A DNA stretch of 64,000 bases, taken from contig JBHJGN010000016.1 of NCBI GenBank assembly GCA_050331735.1, forward strand, positions 46,515 to 110,514, given 5' to 3'. A program made the translations under genes and the position numbers. Shown here one piece after another: positions 38,766 to 49,268 of this stretch. The notes beneath the pieces are model-generated. The model was not told where the DNA came from. It was given only the letters and a program-made list of their open reading frames with translations, and searched no databases. Source of the stretch: Cyanophyceae cyanobacterium (lineage in GTDB: Bacteria; Cyanobacteriota; Cyanobacteriia; Cyanobacteriales; JBHJGN01). Positions within the stretch are counted from its first letter, which is position 1; every line of letters begins with the position of its first letter.

Positions 38766-39668
38766 GTGGAATTTTTGGCGATCGATCAATACGTTGGCGA
38801 ACTGGCGGCGTTGAGTGCCGCCTTTCTGTGGGCCGCTTCTTCAGCGGTTTATGGGCTTCTTGGTCAAAGAATTGGCCCTCTCCAGCTCAATTTGTATAAA
38901 GGGCTGGTGGCGCTAGTGCTAATCGCAATTACCTTAGCGCTAAGAGCGGAATTACCCCAACTAGAGGCAGTACCCGCCGGAATCTTGCTGTTGAGCGGTG
39001 CAGCCGGGATTGGCTTCGGAGATACGGCCTATTTCGCGGCACTCAACCGCCTCGGACCTCGGAAAACCTTGCTAATGGAGACTTTGGCTCCTCCATTCAC
39101 GGCTGTACTCGCTTTAGTCTTCTTGGGAGAACAACTCAGCGCGATCGCCTGGTGCGGCATTCTTGTCACCGTTCTAGGTGTTGCCTGGGTGATTGCTGAA
39201 CGTACGCCGTCTACCACCGCTGACAGTAACGTTCGCGGAATCATCTGGGGCGTTTTCTCGGAGATAGCTCAAGCCGTTGGCGCGGTGCTCTCTCGGTTTG
39301 CCCTCGTGGAGTCGGCCATTACTCCCTTGGGGAGTACGCTGCTGCGGTTGACCGCCGGGACAGTGGTGGTGCTACTGCTTCTGTGGGTGCGTCCTCGCCG
39401 CGATCGCCCCACTGCCGTCGCTTGGTCGGTGCGTCTCGTCAGCATCATTGCGATCGCCTCCTTTGGCAGTACCTATCTGGGCATTTGGCTTCAGCAAGCC
39501 TCTCTCAAGTTCGCCCCAGCCGGGATTGCCCAAACTCTGCTCGCTACCAGTCCTCTGTTTGTGCTGCCGATTGCAGCAGCGATGGGAGATAAAATTAGTC
39601 CAAGAGCGTTGTTAGGGGTTATCGTGGCGATCGCTGGGATTGCTCTTTTGTTTAACTCTAGTCAATGA
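38766..39668 (+). CDS. DMT/EamA-family permease
   Basis: About 10 TM helices, GELAALSAAFLWA, GIGFGDTAYF, duplicated EamA halves; start uncertain. Confidence 0.85.
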   Translation: MEFLAIDQYVGELAALSAAFLWAASSAVYGLLGQRIGPLQLNLYKGLVALVLIAITLALRAELPQLEAVPAGILLLSGAAGIGFGDTAYFAALNRLGPRKTLLMETLAPPFTAVLALVFLGEQLSAIAWCGILVTVLGVAWVIAERTPSTTADSNVRGIIWGVFSEIAQAVGAVLSRFALVESAITPLGSTLLRLTAGTVVVLLLLWVRPRRDRPTAVAWSVRLVSIIAIASFGSTYLGIWLQQASLKFAPAGIAQTLLATSPLFVLPIAAAMGDKISPRALLGVIVAIAGIALLFNSSQ

Positions 39669-39674
39669 GTCCGA

Positions 39675-39735
39675 GACGGGGAAGGGGAAAATTGTCCCCG
39701 GCGGGACGGGGAAAGGGGAAGGGGGAAAGGGAAAT
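39675..39735 (+). repeat. G-rich dispersed repeat
   Basis: gggaaaattgtccccggcgggacggggaaaggg is nearly identical to 61656-61687. Confidence 0.7.
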
Positions 39736-39817
39736 TAGCTGATATTTCCACGAGACTCCCCTAAAGAAAGATGAAGGGATGGAGTGGTCAGCTACACGAT
39801 CTCACTATATTACTCTT

Positions 39818-40615
39818 ATGACACCTTCTCAGTATCTATCAATGAACAGCCGAGATACAGTGCGGCAGATTCTTACTCTGGCTGCTATTCTGGCCGCTAT
39901 TATTGTCAACACCGTCACTAATTTGGCTCCGCCTAGCGGACAGAACGTTGGGGAAATTGCCAATACCATTCTGCAACCCGTTTTGATCATTCCAGCGAAC
40001 TATGCCTTTGCGATTTGGGGAGTGATCTACTTAGGCTTAATTTGCTTGGCAGTTTATCAAGCACTCCCTGCTCAAAAGCGTAAACCCAATCTGCGCAAGC
40101 TGGACCATCTATTGGTCATTGCTAGCCTAGCCCAGATTGTTTGGATCTTCCTCTTTTCCTATCAATTATTTGCCCTGTCGATTGTGGCAATGCTGTTGAT
40201 TCTCATTCCTCTGATTGTGCTCTATCTACGCCTCGGCATTGGTGTCGAACGAGTTCATCGCCAGGAGAAGTGGTTTGTAAATATTCCGGTGAGTATTTAT
40301 CTAGCCTGGATCAGCGTCGCCACGATTGTTAATGTGGCGAGTGCTCTTTACATCAGCAACTGGAACGGATGGGGATTAAGCGATGAGGTTTGGACCGTGG
40401 TGATGCTGGTGGTGGCGGCGCTGATTGGAGCAACGGTGGCCGTTCAGCGGCGTGACCTGGCGTTTGTGCTCGTTTTTGCCTGGGCTTTCGTCGCGATCGC
40501 TGTGGCCAATCTCAGTATCGTCACCATTGCCGCCACGGGAATCGGACTAGCCGTTGTCCTGATTCTCCTCGGGTTATTTCGGCAAGGTCGCCGTCGGTCA
40601 ATGCAGCCTCAGTAA
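39818..40615 (+). CDS. TspO/MBR-like tryptophan-rich membrane protein
   Basis: PANYAFAIWGVIY, SIYLAWISVATIVN; start uncertain (39779, 39818 or 39842). Confidence 0.75.
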   Translation: MTPSQYLSMNSRDTVRQILTLAAILAAIIVNTVTNLAPPSGQNVGEIANTILQPVLIIPANYAFAIWGVIYLGLICLAVYQALPAQKRKPNLRKLDHLLVIASLAQIVWIFLFSYQLFALSIVAMLLILIPLIVLYLRLGIGVERVHRQEKWFVNIPVSIYLAWISVATIVNVASALYISNWNGWGLSDEVWTVVMLVVAALIGATVAVQRRDLAFVLVFAWAFVAIAVANLSIVTIAATGIGLAVVLILLGLFRQGRRRSMQPQ

Positions 40616-40620
40616 CCACC

Positions 40621-41211
40621 ATGCAGGACAAGGAACAGTTTTTCGACCGCTGGGCTCCTCACTACGATGCATTGCTGACGACGGTCGTGTACCAGGCAAT
40701 CCACAAGCGGCTGCTCGCAGAGGTGGAACTCCCCCAACAGCCCTGTGTGCTCGATCTCGGCTGCGGCACAGGTCGCCTGTTAAAGCGTCTGGTTGCTCAG
40801 TTTCCCACTCTCCGGGGAACCGGACTTGATCTCTCCGCCGCCATGCTGCGGCAAGCGCGACGCGATCGCCATCCTCATCTCATTTTTATTCAAGGTAATG
40901 CTGAATCACTGCCGTTTGCAGAGGGTCAGTTCGATGCCGTCTTTAACACCATGAGCTTTCTGCACTATCCTCATCCTGAGCAGGTGTTGGCAGAGGTAAG
41001 CCGCGTACTGCGTCCGGGAGGATGCTTCTATTTAGCAGATGCCACCTTTAAAATTCCGATAGCCTATATTCCCTTTTCTCCTGGCGGATTGCGCCTGCAT
41101 ACTCCTCAGCAGCGCGAGCAATTGGGGAAAACAGTCGGTTTAGAATTGGTGAAACATGCTGATCTTCTTGGACCCGTTATGCTGACTATTTTTACTCGCA
41201 GTCGTGAATAA
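40621..41211 (+). CDS. class I SAM-dependent methyltransferase
   Basis: VLDLGCGTG, GLDLS, LPFAEGQFDAV, RVLRPGG. Confidence 0.9.
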   Translation: MQDKEQFFDRWAPHYDALLTTVVYQAIHKRLLAEVELPQQPCVLDLGCGTGRLLKRLVAQFPTLRGTGLDLSAAMLRQARRDRHPHLIFIQGNAESLPFAEGQFDAVFNTMSFLHYPHPEQVLAEVSRVLRPGGCFYLADATFKIPIAYIPFSPGGLRLHTPQQREQLGKTVGLELVKHADLLGPVMLTIFTRSRE

Positions 41212-41214
41212 TAC

Positions 41215-41832
41215 ATGGATACTCAAGAATGCCTGCTCATTTTTACTCGCTACCCAGAACCCGGAAAAACCAAAACCCGACTGATTCCAGCACTCGGGGA
41301 AGCAGGCGCAGCCAATCTACAGCAGCAAATGACTCAGCATACTCTGAAGCAGGCCAAGGAACTGCGATCGCAGCGTCCTTTATCCATCCAGGTATATTAC
41401 GCTGGCGGGAGTTCAACGGTAATGCAGGCATGGTTAGGCCCTGACTTGACCTATTGCCAGCAGGGAGTAGGAGATTTAGGACAGCGGATGAAACAGGCGT
41501 TTCAGTCTGCCTTGGCTGCGGGGATGGAGCGAGTGGTGGCCATTGGCACTGATTGCCCCGACATCGATGCAGCAATACTTGCTAAAGCCTTGACCGCGCT
41601 CAAGCAGCATGACTTAGTGCTAGGTCCGGCAGAGGACGGAGGCTATTACCTCATCGGGCTAAAACGCTTAGTGCCAGAACTGTTTACCGGAATCGACTGG
41701 GGAACCGAAACGGTTCTTCGGTCAACTCAACACATTGCTCAAACACTTGGACTTACTGTATATTCCTTACGCCTACTTAATGATGTCGATCGCCCAGAGG
41801 ATTTATCAATTTGGGAACCATATCAACAGTGA
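41215..41832 (+). CDS. DUF2064/TIGR04282-type nucleotidyl/glycosyltransferase-like protein
   Basis: FTRYPEPGKTKTRL, GDLGQRM, IGTDCP, GPAEDGGYYLIGL, DVDRPED. Confidence 0.85.
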   Translation: MDTQECLLIFTRYPEPGKTKTRLIPALGEAGAANLQQQMTQHTLKQAKELRSQRPLSIQVYYAGGSSTVMQAWLGPDLTYCQQGVGDLGQRMKQAFQSALAAGMERVVAIGTDCPDIDAAILAKALTALKQHDLVLGPAEDGGYYLIGLKRLVPELFTGIDWGTETVLRSTQHIAQTLGLTVYSLRLLNDVDRPEDLSIWEPYQQ

Positions 41833-41894
41833 CCAGTGTCCGACAAGGTTCGCAAGCGGGATAGTCAGAAAACCATCAACAATCAACAACCCAA

Positions 41895-42590
41895 TTAAAG
41901 TAAATACGAAACCCACTCTTGTGTTGCTTCAGGAGAACCATACCACATCCCCGGAGACTTCGGCGAGTGCCACACTCCTTCAAGGGTAAGATTGGTGGCT
42001 CCTGCTAAATGGGCGGCAGCAATGGGGGTAATGCCGTCTCCCCAAGAATTTCCCTCGCCAATTGTGAGCTGATAGCTGTTGTAAGCCAGCCAGCTTTGGA
42101 AGCGTTTGCCATAAACAGCCTTGCCAGCAACACAGACGTAGCGAATGTGAGGATAGAAAGCGCCCGGGTAATTGTCCTTGACAAAATCCAAATTCCGTTT
42201 GGTCCAGCGTTCTTGACTGACGTGCGGAGTTCCCAGAGTAACTAGCGTAGCGACATGGGCGTGAGCATTCCAGACCCCTTGGGTTTGAGCGACATCGTTA
42301 TGAATGGTGTAGGGAATGTCGCCTAAATAGATCCGAGCAATCCAGCCACCAGCAGAATGTCCAATCACATTGATCGGAGACTGATACTGTTCCCGCATCG
42401 CCTGCACCGTATCCTCGATTCGGCGCAGAATGGGTATCATGGAGCGGCCACCGACGGTAGGCAACCAGTCTCGTAATTTGAGCGGTACGGTCGTAGTCGG
42501 AAACCCGCGGGCAGTGAGTAGCTGTTGCAGAGCACAGTATTCGTTTGAGCGAGCAAAATAACCCGGTACAATAACGGTCGGTAGTGACAT
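41895..42590 (-). CDS. lipase-like alpha/beta hydrolase
   Basis: VIVPGY, IGHSAGG, TLGTPH, GDGITP. Confidence 0.8.
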   Translation of the reverse strand: MSLPTVIVPGYFARSNEYCALQQLLTARGFPTTTVPLKLRDWLPTVGGRSMIPILRRIEDTVQAMREQYQSPINVIGHSAGGWIARIYLGDIPYTIHNDVAQTQGVWNAHAHVATLVTLGTPHVSQERWTKRNLDFVKDNYPGAFYPHIRYVCVAGKAVYGKRFQSWLAYNSYQLTIGEGNSWGDGITPIAAAHLAGATNLTLEGVWHSPKSPGMWYGSPEATQEWVSYLL

Positions 42591-42604
42591 TCTAAAAGCA
42601 AGCG

Positions 42605-43312
42605 GTGGGAATAGGGACTCTCTACGGAATTAGCGTTGGGACAGGAGATCCGGAACTGATTACGGTCAAGGGATTACGCCTGTTACAGAGCGTTCCGGCG
42701 ATCGCCTTTCCGGCTGGCGTTGGTAACAAACTAGGGATTGCCCAGCAAATTATCTCATCGTGGCTTACTCCCGCTCAGCACAGCCTGCCGTTGCGCTTTC
42801 CCTACGTCCAGGACGAGCAGATTCTCGCTCAGGCATGGCAGACCGCAGCCGCTACTGTCTGGCACTACCTTCAAGAAGGCGATGTGGCTTTTGCCTGTGA
42901 GGGAGACATCAGTTTTTACAGCACCTTTACTTATTTAGCACAAACGCTACACCAACGGTACCCAGAGGTTGCAATTCAAACAGTACCAGGAGTGTGTTCG
43001 CCAATGGCAGCAGCGGCAGCGTTAGGCATTCCGTTGACAGTCCGCAGCCAAAATCTAGCGGTGTTGCCGACTCTCTACAGCGTTGAGGCATTAGAATCGG
43101 TGCTACAGTGGGCCGATGTCGTGGTGCTGATGAAGGTCAGTTCGGTATACAGGCAAGTATGGTCACTGCTCAACCAGCATCACTTGCTGAAGCAGTGTTA
43201 TGTCGTAGAACGAGCCACTCAGCCCCAGCAAGTAATTTACCGCGACTTGCGCGATCGCCCAAATCTAGAGCTGCCCTACTTTTCCTTACTGATCGTACAG
43301 GTTCGTCAATGA
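42605..43312 (+). CDS. cobI: precorrin-2 C20-methyltransferase
   Basis: LYGISVGTGDPELITVKG, CEGDISFYSTF, VPGVCS, LPYFSLLI. Confidence 0.92.
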   Translation: MGIGTLYGISVGTGDPELITVKGLRLLQSVPAIAFPAGVGNKLGIAQQIISSWLTPAQHSLPLRFPYVQDEQILAQAWQTAAATVWHYLQEGDVAFACEGDISFYSTFTYLAQTLHQRYPEVAIQTVPGVCSPMAAAAALGIPLTVRSQNLAVLPTLYSVEALESVLQWADVVVLMKVSSVYRQVWSLLNQHHLLKQCYVVERATQPQQVIYRDLRDRPNLELPYFSLLIVQVRQ

Positions 43313-43482
43313 GGAAAGTTGCCGATAATATAAAGAAATTCAAAAGTTTTAATCTTTGTTTAAGTTCTCTGCCAGATATATGTAGAAATATTTAGACTTG
43401 GAAAGGAAAGCGCCTGATGTCTTCTGGTGGCGTGATAACGTCTATACTGAGTAATCTGAATACCAAGGAGAAAGAAGTTTTG

Positions 43483-43677
43483 ATGCAATCTGCTCCCTCA
43501 CCAAATTTGTTTCGTGAAGATATCAGCGAGTACGTCGCCCAGCTCCAGCTTCACATGACGCTACAGGCACGCAATCTAGTGCCAACGCTAACCAGGGCCA
43601 ACGATAGCCGAGAGCAGCTTTTGCAGGAAACTCAAGCCAATATCGAAAAACTGGTTTCTCGACAGGAAGCTGAGTAA
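43483..43677 (+). CDS. small hypothetical protein
   Basis: 64 aa ORF with AAGGAG RBS; helical 'EYVAQLQLHMTLQARNL'. Confidence 0.6.
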   Translation: MQSAPSPNLFREDISEYVAQLQLHMTLQARNLVPTLTRANDSREQLLQETQANIEKLVSRQEAE

Positions 43678-43865
43678 TAACCGGAATTGAGACGGGCAGA
43701 ATCAGTTCTGTCTTTGTCTAGTCGCAATTCTTAAACTCGCACTTCTCCAGCCGGTTTTTTTGAACTGAAACAGTTAGAGCAGTAGGTAAGCGCCCTACTG
43801 CTTTTTTTACTCAACTCTCAGCGAGTAGTGTTATAAATATTGAGTCAACGACAAACGATACAGCC

Positions 43866-44396
43866 GTGAAGATTCTAGATTCTAAAGGGCGCTTATTCGG
43901 CAAAGTTTCAGTTTTAGATCTTGGCGCTGCCTGCGTCATTGCGTTAGCCATCGTTGGGATTGTTTTTTTTCCCGGCACTTCTGGGTCAATCGCTCAGCAG
44001 GTGAGCGGCAATCGACCAGTAGAAGTTGATGTGCTGGTCCGCGGGCTCAGTGTACGAGAACCCCAGGCCTTACTTAACCAGTTGCAAGAAGAAAAAACGG
44101 CGAGCATTGTTATTCGTAATCAACCGGCTGGTCAAATAGAAGTGGTGGCGGCTGAAGTCCTGCCGCGAACCGTGAGCGTACCTCAACCGGATGGTTCAGT
44201 CAAAGCGCTTCCCGATCCCAGACCAGAAGTAGCTTTTGTCACTGATATGATCGTCAAAATCGTGGGAGATGGCCAGATCACCAGTAATGGTGCTGTTCTC
44301 GGCAATCAAAAGGTCAAGATTGGCAGCGTCATCGAAATTGACGGTTCTGACTACAATTTCAGAGGAAGCGTCATGGATGTTAGTTCTGGGAGCTAA
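43866..44396 (+). CDS. DUF4330-family protein
   Basis: ILDSKGRLFGKVSVLDL followed by a TM helix; IVIRNQPAG. Confidence 0.8.
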   Translation: MKILDSKGRLFGKVSVLDLGAACVIALAIVGIVFFPGTSGSIAQQVSGNRPVEVDVLVRGLSVREPQALLNQLQEEKTASIVIRNQPAGQIEVVAAEVLPRTVSVPQPDGSVKALPDPRPEVAFVTDMIVKIVGDGQITSNGAVLGNQKVKIGSVIEIDGSDYNFRGSVMDVSSGS

Positions 44397-44426
44397 TGGC
44401 GTGAAGGAGCAAGGAGGCGAGGACGA

Positions 44427-45338
44427 CTAAAATGTGCTATTTACTCCTTCCTTCTCCCCAAGAATTCCTAAGTATTTTTGAATTAAGCCAATCGTGACTT
44501 CCGGCAGTTCGAGCTGAGGAGTTAAGCCAACATCCTCAATTTCTTGAAACAGGACTTTTGTATTCAGAGCCGCCAGCCTTTTACCAATTTCAGGTCCGGT
44601 GAACTGAGATTTCTCTCCCCAAATTATGGCTGTTGGCGTGGTCAACTGCGCTATATATTTGGATAAATCGAAGCAGAGGTCGCCACGGACAAAGGAAAGG
44701 GCGGCATATTCAGCGTTGGGTTGTTGAGCCGACTCTAGATAAGCACGCACGATTTCTGGATAAACCCGTTCAGGACGAGCAAACTGCCGCGATCGCAAAA
44801 AATTGAGAATGCCGTTTTCAGTGGCCACGCCAGCACTGTAGAAAAACTTATCTAGAATAGGGGTACTGACTAACTGAGCAAAGAAGCTCCGGGTGTAGTC
44901 TTCGCCAAAATCCGATAATCCGGCTGGCGCACTGAGAATGAGCCTCTGAAAAAGCTCCGGACGCAGAACCGCAGCTCGAATGGTGAGGGCCCCCGTCAGG
45001 GAGGAGGCGACAACGGCGGCGGGTCCGTCGCTTGCTTGTTCTAGGAATTCAATAATGGTGTTGATATAGTCGTCCGGCTGATAGTTGCGTTCTGGGTGTT
45101 CGGAGCGTCCCCAGCCGATTAAGTCGGGGGCAAGCACACGATAGTTAGAAGCAAACGCCGGATATACTTTAGACCACTCATAGGCCGAAGAACCGCCACC
45201 AAAGCCGTGTAAAAAAATCAGTATAGGGCGGCTTTGAATGCTCTCGTTCTGCCAAGGCGGTTGAGTCGGCGTATAGTAGCTCATCTTCCCCAAGGAAGTC
45301 AGCAGAGACTTTTGTTCAACACCAGGCGGGTTAATCAT
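44427..45338 (-). CDS. alpha/beta hydrolase
   Basis: FLHGFGGGSSAYEW, APDLIGWGRS, ASSLTG. Confidence 0.85.
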   Translation of the reverse strand: MINPPGVEQKSLLTSLGKMSYYTPTQPPWQNESIQSRPILIFLHGFGGGSSAYEWSKVYPAFASNYRVLAPDLIGWGRSEHPERNYQPDDYINTIIEFLEQASDGPAAVVASSLTGALTIRAAVLRPELFQRLILSAPAGLSDFGEDYTRSFFAQLVSTPILDKFFYSAGVATENGILNFLRSRQFARPERVYPEIVRAYLESAQQPNAEYAALSFVRGDLCFDLSKYIAQLTTPTAIIWGEKSQFTGPEIGKRLAALNTKVLFQEIEDVGLTPQLELPEVTIGLIQKYLGILGEKEGVNSTF

Positions 45339-45550
45339 GGCTTTTAGGATTTCATCGCGCAATCTATGTGTTTTAGTCTATCTGCTGTGAATGTTAGGAC
45401 ACGTCGATACAGAGAGATACTTTTGGCCCTAGAGGAGAACTTCCATGAGCGTCAAACGCCAGACTTGAATCAGTCAGCACTATGCAACAATAGTAAGGTT
45501 GCCTAGTGAGAGTCTAGGCATTTGTGCTAATTAGCAGGGAGAACAAATGT

Positions 45551-45772
45551 ATGAAAATTGGCGATCGCGTCCGAGTCGTTAAATCTGTCGTCGTCTACCA
45601 TCATCCTGAACACAAAAAAGAACCGCACGATATCAAAGGTTTAGAAGGAGAAGTGATTGACATTGTTACCCAATGGCAGGGAAGGCCAGTCAGCGCTAAT
45701 CTGCCAATTTTGGTTCAGTTTAGTAAAAAATTTAAAGCTCATCTGCGCGAGGACGAGCTCGAGGTCGTTTGA
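45551..45772 (+). CDS. ftrV: ferredoxin-thioredoxin reductase variable chain
   Basis: MKIGDRVRV..SVVVYHHPEH, GRPVSANLP, FKAHLREDE. Confidence 0.92.
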   Translation: MKIGDRVRVVKSVVVYHHPEHKKEPHDIKGLEGEVIDIVTQWQGRPVSANLPILVQFSKKFKAHLREDELEVV

Positions 45773-45880
45773 TGGTTGCTAGCTGCTCAACCTGAATACA
45801 GGTCTCATCGCCGCCATCGCTGTTTACAATAAAAAAAGCATTTAAATTTTGTGTAGTCTCTCTAGACAAAAGCATAATCT

Positions 45881-46900
45881 ATGGCTCCTGCCGTTTTAAT
45901 TGAAAATCTCCAAAAGCGCTACGGCTCCGTAGAAGCCGTTAAAGACATCTCCTTTAAAGTCCAGTCTGGAGAAGTGTTTGGCTTGCTGGGTCCGAATGGT
46001 GCTGGCAAGACCACCACGATTCGCTGCCTCTGCACCTTAGCCAAGCCTGATGCCGGAAAGCTTACAGTAGGCGGTGTATCGGTACTGGACAATCCCAGAG
46101 CAGCACGACGACGGCTCGGCTACGTGGCGCAAGAAGTGGCGCTGGATAAAGTCCTAACGGGGCGAGAGTTGCTGGCTTTGCAGGCGGCGCTGTACCACTT
46201 ACCCAAAGCAGCAGCTCAAGAACGCATCGAGCAGCTACTAGAGTTATTAGGGCTAAGCGAATACGCCGACCAAAAAACCGGAACCTACTCTGGGGGGCTG
46301 CGCAAGCGCCTCGATTTAGCGGCTGGTCTGCTGCATCAACCAGAAGTGCTCGTCTTAGATGAACCGACGGTCGGACTCGATATTGAAAGTCGCCGCGTCG
46401 TTTGGGATTTTCTGCGTCGGCTGCGGGAAGCGGGAACAACGGTGCTGATTACCAGCCACTACCTCGAAGAAATCGATGCCCTAGCCGATCGCTTGGCCAT
46501 TATCGATCGGGGAGTGGTGATCGATGAAGGTACGCCAACCCAGCTCAAAGATCAGCTTGGGGGCGATCGCGTAACGCTGCGGATTCGGGAATTTTCTCCG
46601 ACCGCAGAAGCTGAACTCGCTAAAGACCTCTTACAGTCTCTGCCCTTTGTTGAAGAAGTCATTGTTAATACCGCCCAAGGAAATTCCCTGAACTTGGTGG
46701 TCGCTCGTCAAAGTAATCCGCTCAGTAAGATTGAGCAGTCTTTAGAAACGGCTGGACTGCCGATTTTTAGCATGGCTCAGTCCCGTCCCAGTCTCGATGA
46801 TGTATATCTAAAAGCAACCGGACGCACCATTATGGACGCAGAGGTGGCGGCAGCAGGAACCCGCGACCTCAAGGCAGAAAAGAAACAGCAGATGAAATAA
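45881..46900 (+). CDS. ABC-2 type transporter ATP-binding protein (DrrA-like)
   Basis: GPNGAGKT, YSGGLRKR, LVLDEPT, SHYLEE. Confidence 0.92.
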   Translation: MAPAVLIENLQKRYGSVEAVKDISFKVQSGEVFGLLGPNGAGKTTTIRCLCTLAKPDAGKLTVGGVSVLDNPRAARRRLGYVAQEVALDKVLTGRELLALQAALYHLPKAAAQERIEQLLELLGLSEYADQKTGTYSGGLRKRLDLAAGLLHQPEVLVLDEPTVGLDIESRRVVWDFLRRLREAGTTVLITSHYLEEIDALADRLAIIDRGVVIDEGTPTQLKDQLGGDRVTLRIREFSPTAEAELAKDLLQSLPFVEEVIVNTAQGNSLNLVVARQSNPLSKIEQSLETAGLPIFSMAQSRPSLDDVYLKATGRTIMDAEVAAAGTRDLKAEKKQQMK

Positions 46901-46948
46901 ATTCGGAATTCACTTTGAGCTAAATGAATTAAGTTTAGAGGAAATAGT

Positions 46949-47833
46949 ATGAGTCAAACGATTACACCCGATCAAGTCAGTTTGTCGCCGGGGGCAGTTG
47001 GACCGACCATTGAGCCGAACCGTCCGGTGAGCGATTTTGTGCAGGAAACCGGAGCGTTAACTAAGCGCCTGTTTATTCAGCTTCAGCGCCGTCCTTCAAC
47101 GTTAATCGCTGGCGTGATTCAGCCTTTCATGTGGCTGGTCCTGTTTGGCGCTCTGTTTGACAACGCCCCCCAAGGGCTGTTTGGCAACGAGCTGGGATAC
47201 GCCAAATTTTTAGCGCCTGGAGTGATTGTCTTTACGGCCTTTTCTGGGGCGTTAAATGCCGGACTCCCCGTGATGTTCGATCGGGAATTTGGGTTTTTAA
47301 ATCGTCTGCTGGTGGCTCCTTTGGCCTCTCGCTTCTCGGTTGTGGCGGCTTCAACGATTTATATTATTAGCCTCAGCTTCATTCAAACTGCCGTCATTGT
47401 AGCCGCTAGTGCCTGTTTAGGGGCAGGGTTGCCCAGCTTATCGGGGCTAGGAGCGATCGCCGTTATTGTCTTCCTCATTGTTCTGGGAGTGACGGCGCTA
47501 AGTCTGGGCTTGGCGTTTGCGCTTCCTGGACACATCGAGCTGATTGCCGTTATCTTTGTGACGAATCTGCCGTTGCTGTTTGCCAGTACGGCGCTAGCGC
47601 CGCTCTCGTTTATGGCAGGTTGGCTACAGGTTGTCGCCTCGTTTAATCCGTTGACCTACGCTATTGAGCCGATTCGCTACCTGTATCTGCATGGCGACTG
47701 GGCCTTGAGCAGCACCGTGATGCAGGCTCCTTGGGGTTCAGTGAGCTTTGGGGGAGTGCTGCTAGTCTTGCTGGCTTTCGATGCGTTGGTGTTGCTGCTC
47801 ATCCAGCCACTGCTACGTCGTCGATTTGCTTAA
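46949..47833 (+). CDS. ABC-2 type transporter permease (Ycf38-like)
   Basis: RLFIQLQRRP, FDREFGFLNRLLVAP, NPLTYAIEPIR. Confidence 0.9.
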   Translation: MSQTITPDQVSLSPGAVGPTIEPNRPVSDFVQETGALTKRLFIQLQRRPSTLIAGVIQPFMWLVLFGALFDNAPQGLFGNELGYAKFLAPGVIVFTAFSGALNAGLPVMFDREFGFLNRLLVAPLASRFSVVAASTIYIISLSFIQTAVIVAASACLGAGLPSLSGLGAIAVIVFLIVLGVTALSLGLAFALPGHIELIAVIFVTNLPLLFASTALAPLSFMAGWLQVVASFNPLTYAIEPIRYLYLHGDWALSSTVMQAPWGSVSFGGVLLVLLAFDALVLLLIQPLLRRRFA

Positions 47834-47908
47834 ATTGTCGGCAGTAGCTCCGAGAATCTAGAATTGTCGTTAAGGTAAAGGTTTCTTGATATTGTTTACA
47901 GGGTTGGA

Positions 47909-48241
47909 GTGATGAATAGATTTTACTTAACTGCCTTAAGGGGCATTGGAATGATTAGTTTCGTCGGCCTGGCGATCGCGTTGGGTTTAGAACCAGTACT
48001 GGCTCAAACCTTTCCCAATTCGGACAGTACGGAAGTCCAAAGAAATGAGTATGACCCGAACAGCAATAGCTCCCTCGGTACGTTAAACCCAACGGATCTA
48101 ATCCACCGGGCTAACTTAAGCAGAAGCCGCAATCTGCAAGAGTTCAGTGAAGACTCTCAGATAAATCTTGGCAATGCAGCCGAGGAGTATAAGCGTCTCC
48201 AGCAAGAACGCCTCCAGCAGACGACAACGCCAGACAACTAA
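47909..48241 (+). CDS. secreted hypothetical protein
   Basis: Signal-peptide-like N-terminus ending VLAQ; NPTDLIHRAN motif. Confidence 0.65.
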   Translation: MMNRFYLTALRGIGMISFVGLAIALGLEPVLAQTFPNSDSTEVQRNEYDPNSNSSLGTLNPTDLIHRANLSRSRNLQEFSEDSQINLGNAAEEYKRLQQERLQQTTTPDN

Positions 48242-48250
48242 ATCTTGACT

Positions 48251-48282
48251 GAGGCAAAGGGAATTTTGTTGTCCTTTGCCTC
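48251..48282. terminator. hairpin between convergent genes
   Basis: gaggcaaaggga...tcctttgcctc. Confidence 0.55.
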
Positions 48283-48294
48283 GGGGGAAAGAAA

Positions 48295-48729
48295 CTAACC
48301 GAGCTTGGCTAGAATGTCTTGAGCGTGGGTGCTGGTGTTGACCTGAGCATCCACCGAACTAATTTTCCCGTCGGTATCGATCACGTAGGTAACGCGCTTA
48401 GAGTAACCCGGTCCCTCGACATCGTAGGCTTTGGTAATCGCGCCGTCGCTATCGACTAAGAGGGGAAACGGTAAACCGTACTTCTCTTTAAACTGCTGGT
48501 GAGAAGCTTGGTCATCCATGCTGACCCCGAGAACAATAACGTCTTTATCCTCATACATTTTGTAGTTGTCTCGAAAGCCCTGAGCCTCTTTGGTACAGCC
48601 CGGGGTGTCGTCTTTTGGATAGAAGTAGAGCACGACAACCTTGCCCTTGAAGTCAGAGAGGGAGACAGTTTTGCCTGTGTCATCTACAGTTGTAAAATCA
48701 GGAGCCATTGTCCCTGTTGCCAAAGCCAT
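48295..48729 (-). CDS. peroxiredoxin (Bcp/PrxQ type, single Cys)
   Basis: VLYFYPKDDTPGCTKEA, KRVTYVID. Confidence 0.92.
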   Translation of the reverse strand: MALATGTMAPDFTTVDDTGKTVSLSDFKGKVVVLYFYPKDDTPGCTKEAQGFRDNYKMYEDKDVIVLGVSMDDQASHQQFKEKYGLPFPLLVDSDGAITKAYDVEGPGYSKRVTYVIDTDGKISSVDAQVNTSTHAQDILAKLG

Positions 48730-48826
48730 AGCGAGTTCATCTTGATTGTCAGTACACATTTAAAGATACCTGTTAAAGCCGTTATTTGCTTTTCCATTCG
48801 TCAAATTTAGTTGTAGTTCAGCGTTC

Positions 48827-49219
48827 ATGTCTTCAGCGAAGCAGTCTATCAGCTATTCTCCCGCCACGCTCTCCAGAGCCAAGCGAGCCCTTGGCTGTGC
48901 TCCATTCCGCCTGGGTCTGTTTGTCGCTATGCGCAACGAGAGTGTTCCCCTTCAAGAGATCGCAGCGGAATCACGGATGGGTCAGTATACGCGATTGACT
49001 CTTTCAGAAGGACAAATTGAGCGAGAATTAGGGTGGCTGATCAAAGTAGGGGTGCTTCGGCGTGAAGTAGATGGGCAGGGAATTACCGATAGCTTCCGGC
49101 TCACCCCTCTAGGCAGAAAATTAGTGGAAACTTGGGAACCTCAAGGAGAAATTCCCCCTCCTTCACGACAGGAGCGCTTCAGGAATCTCTGGAATCGCTG
49201 GTTGAGAGGGCTACCCTAG
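48827..49219 (+). CDS. conserved cyanobacterial protein (Npun_F0494-like)
   Basis: WLIKVGVLRREVDGQGITDSFRLTPLG. Confidence 0.75.
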   Translation: MSSAKQSISYSPATLSRAKRALGCAPFRLGLFVAMRNESVPLQEIAAESRMGQYTRLTLSEGQIERELGWLIKVGVLRREVDGQGITDSFRLTPLGRKLVETWEPQGEIPPPSRQERFRNLWNRWLRGLP

Positions 49220-49268
49220 AGCGCTGCTAAGGGCTATAACAGAGAAAGGTTCAAGCCGGGATTGATTT

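Noticed and set aside
40621..41832. Arsenosugar biosynthesis cluster (methyltransferase plus TIGR04282-type gene)
   Set aside because: The methyltransferase lacks clear ArsM features, and no radical-SAM or partner glycosyltransferase gene is nearby
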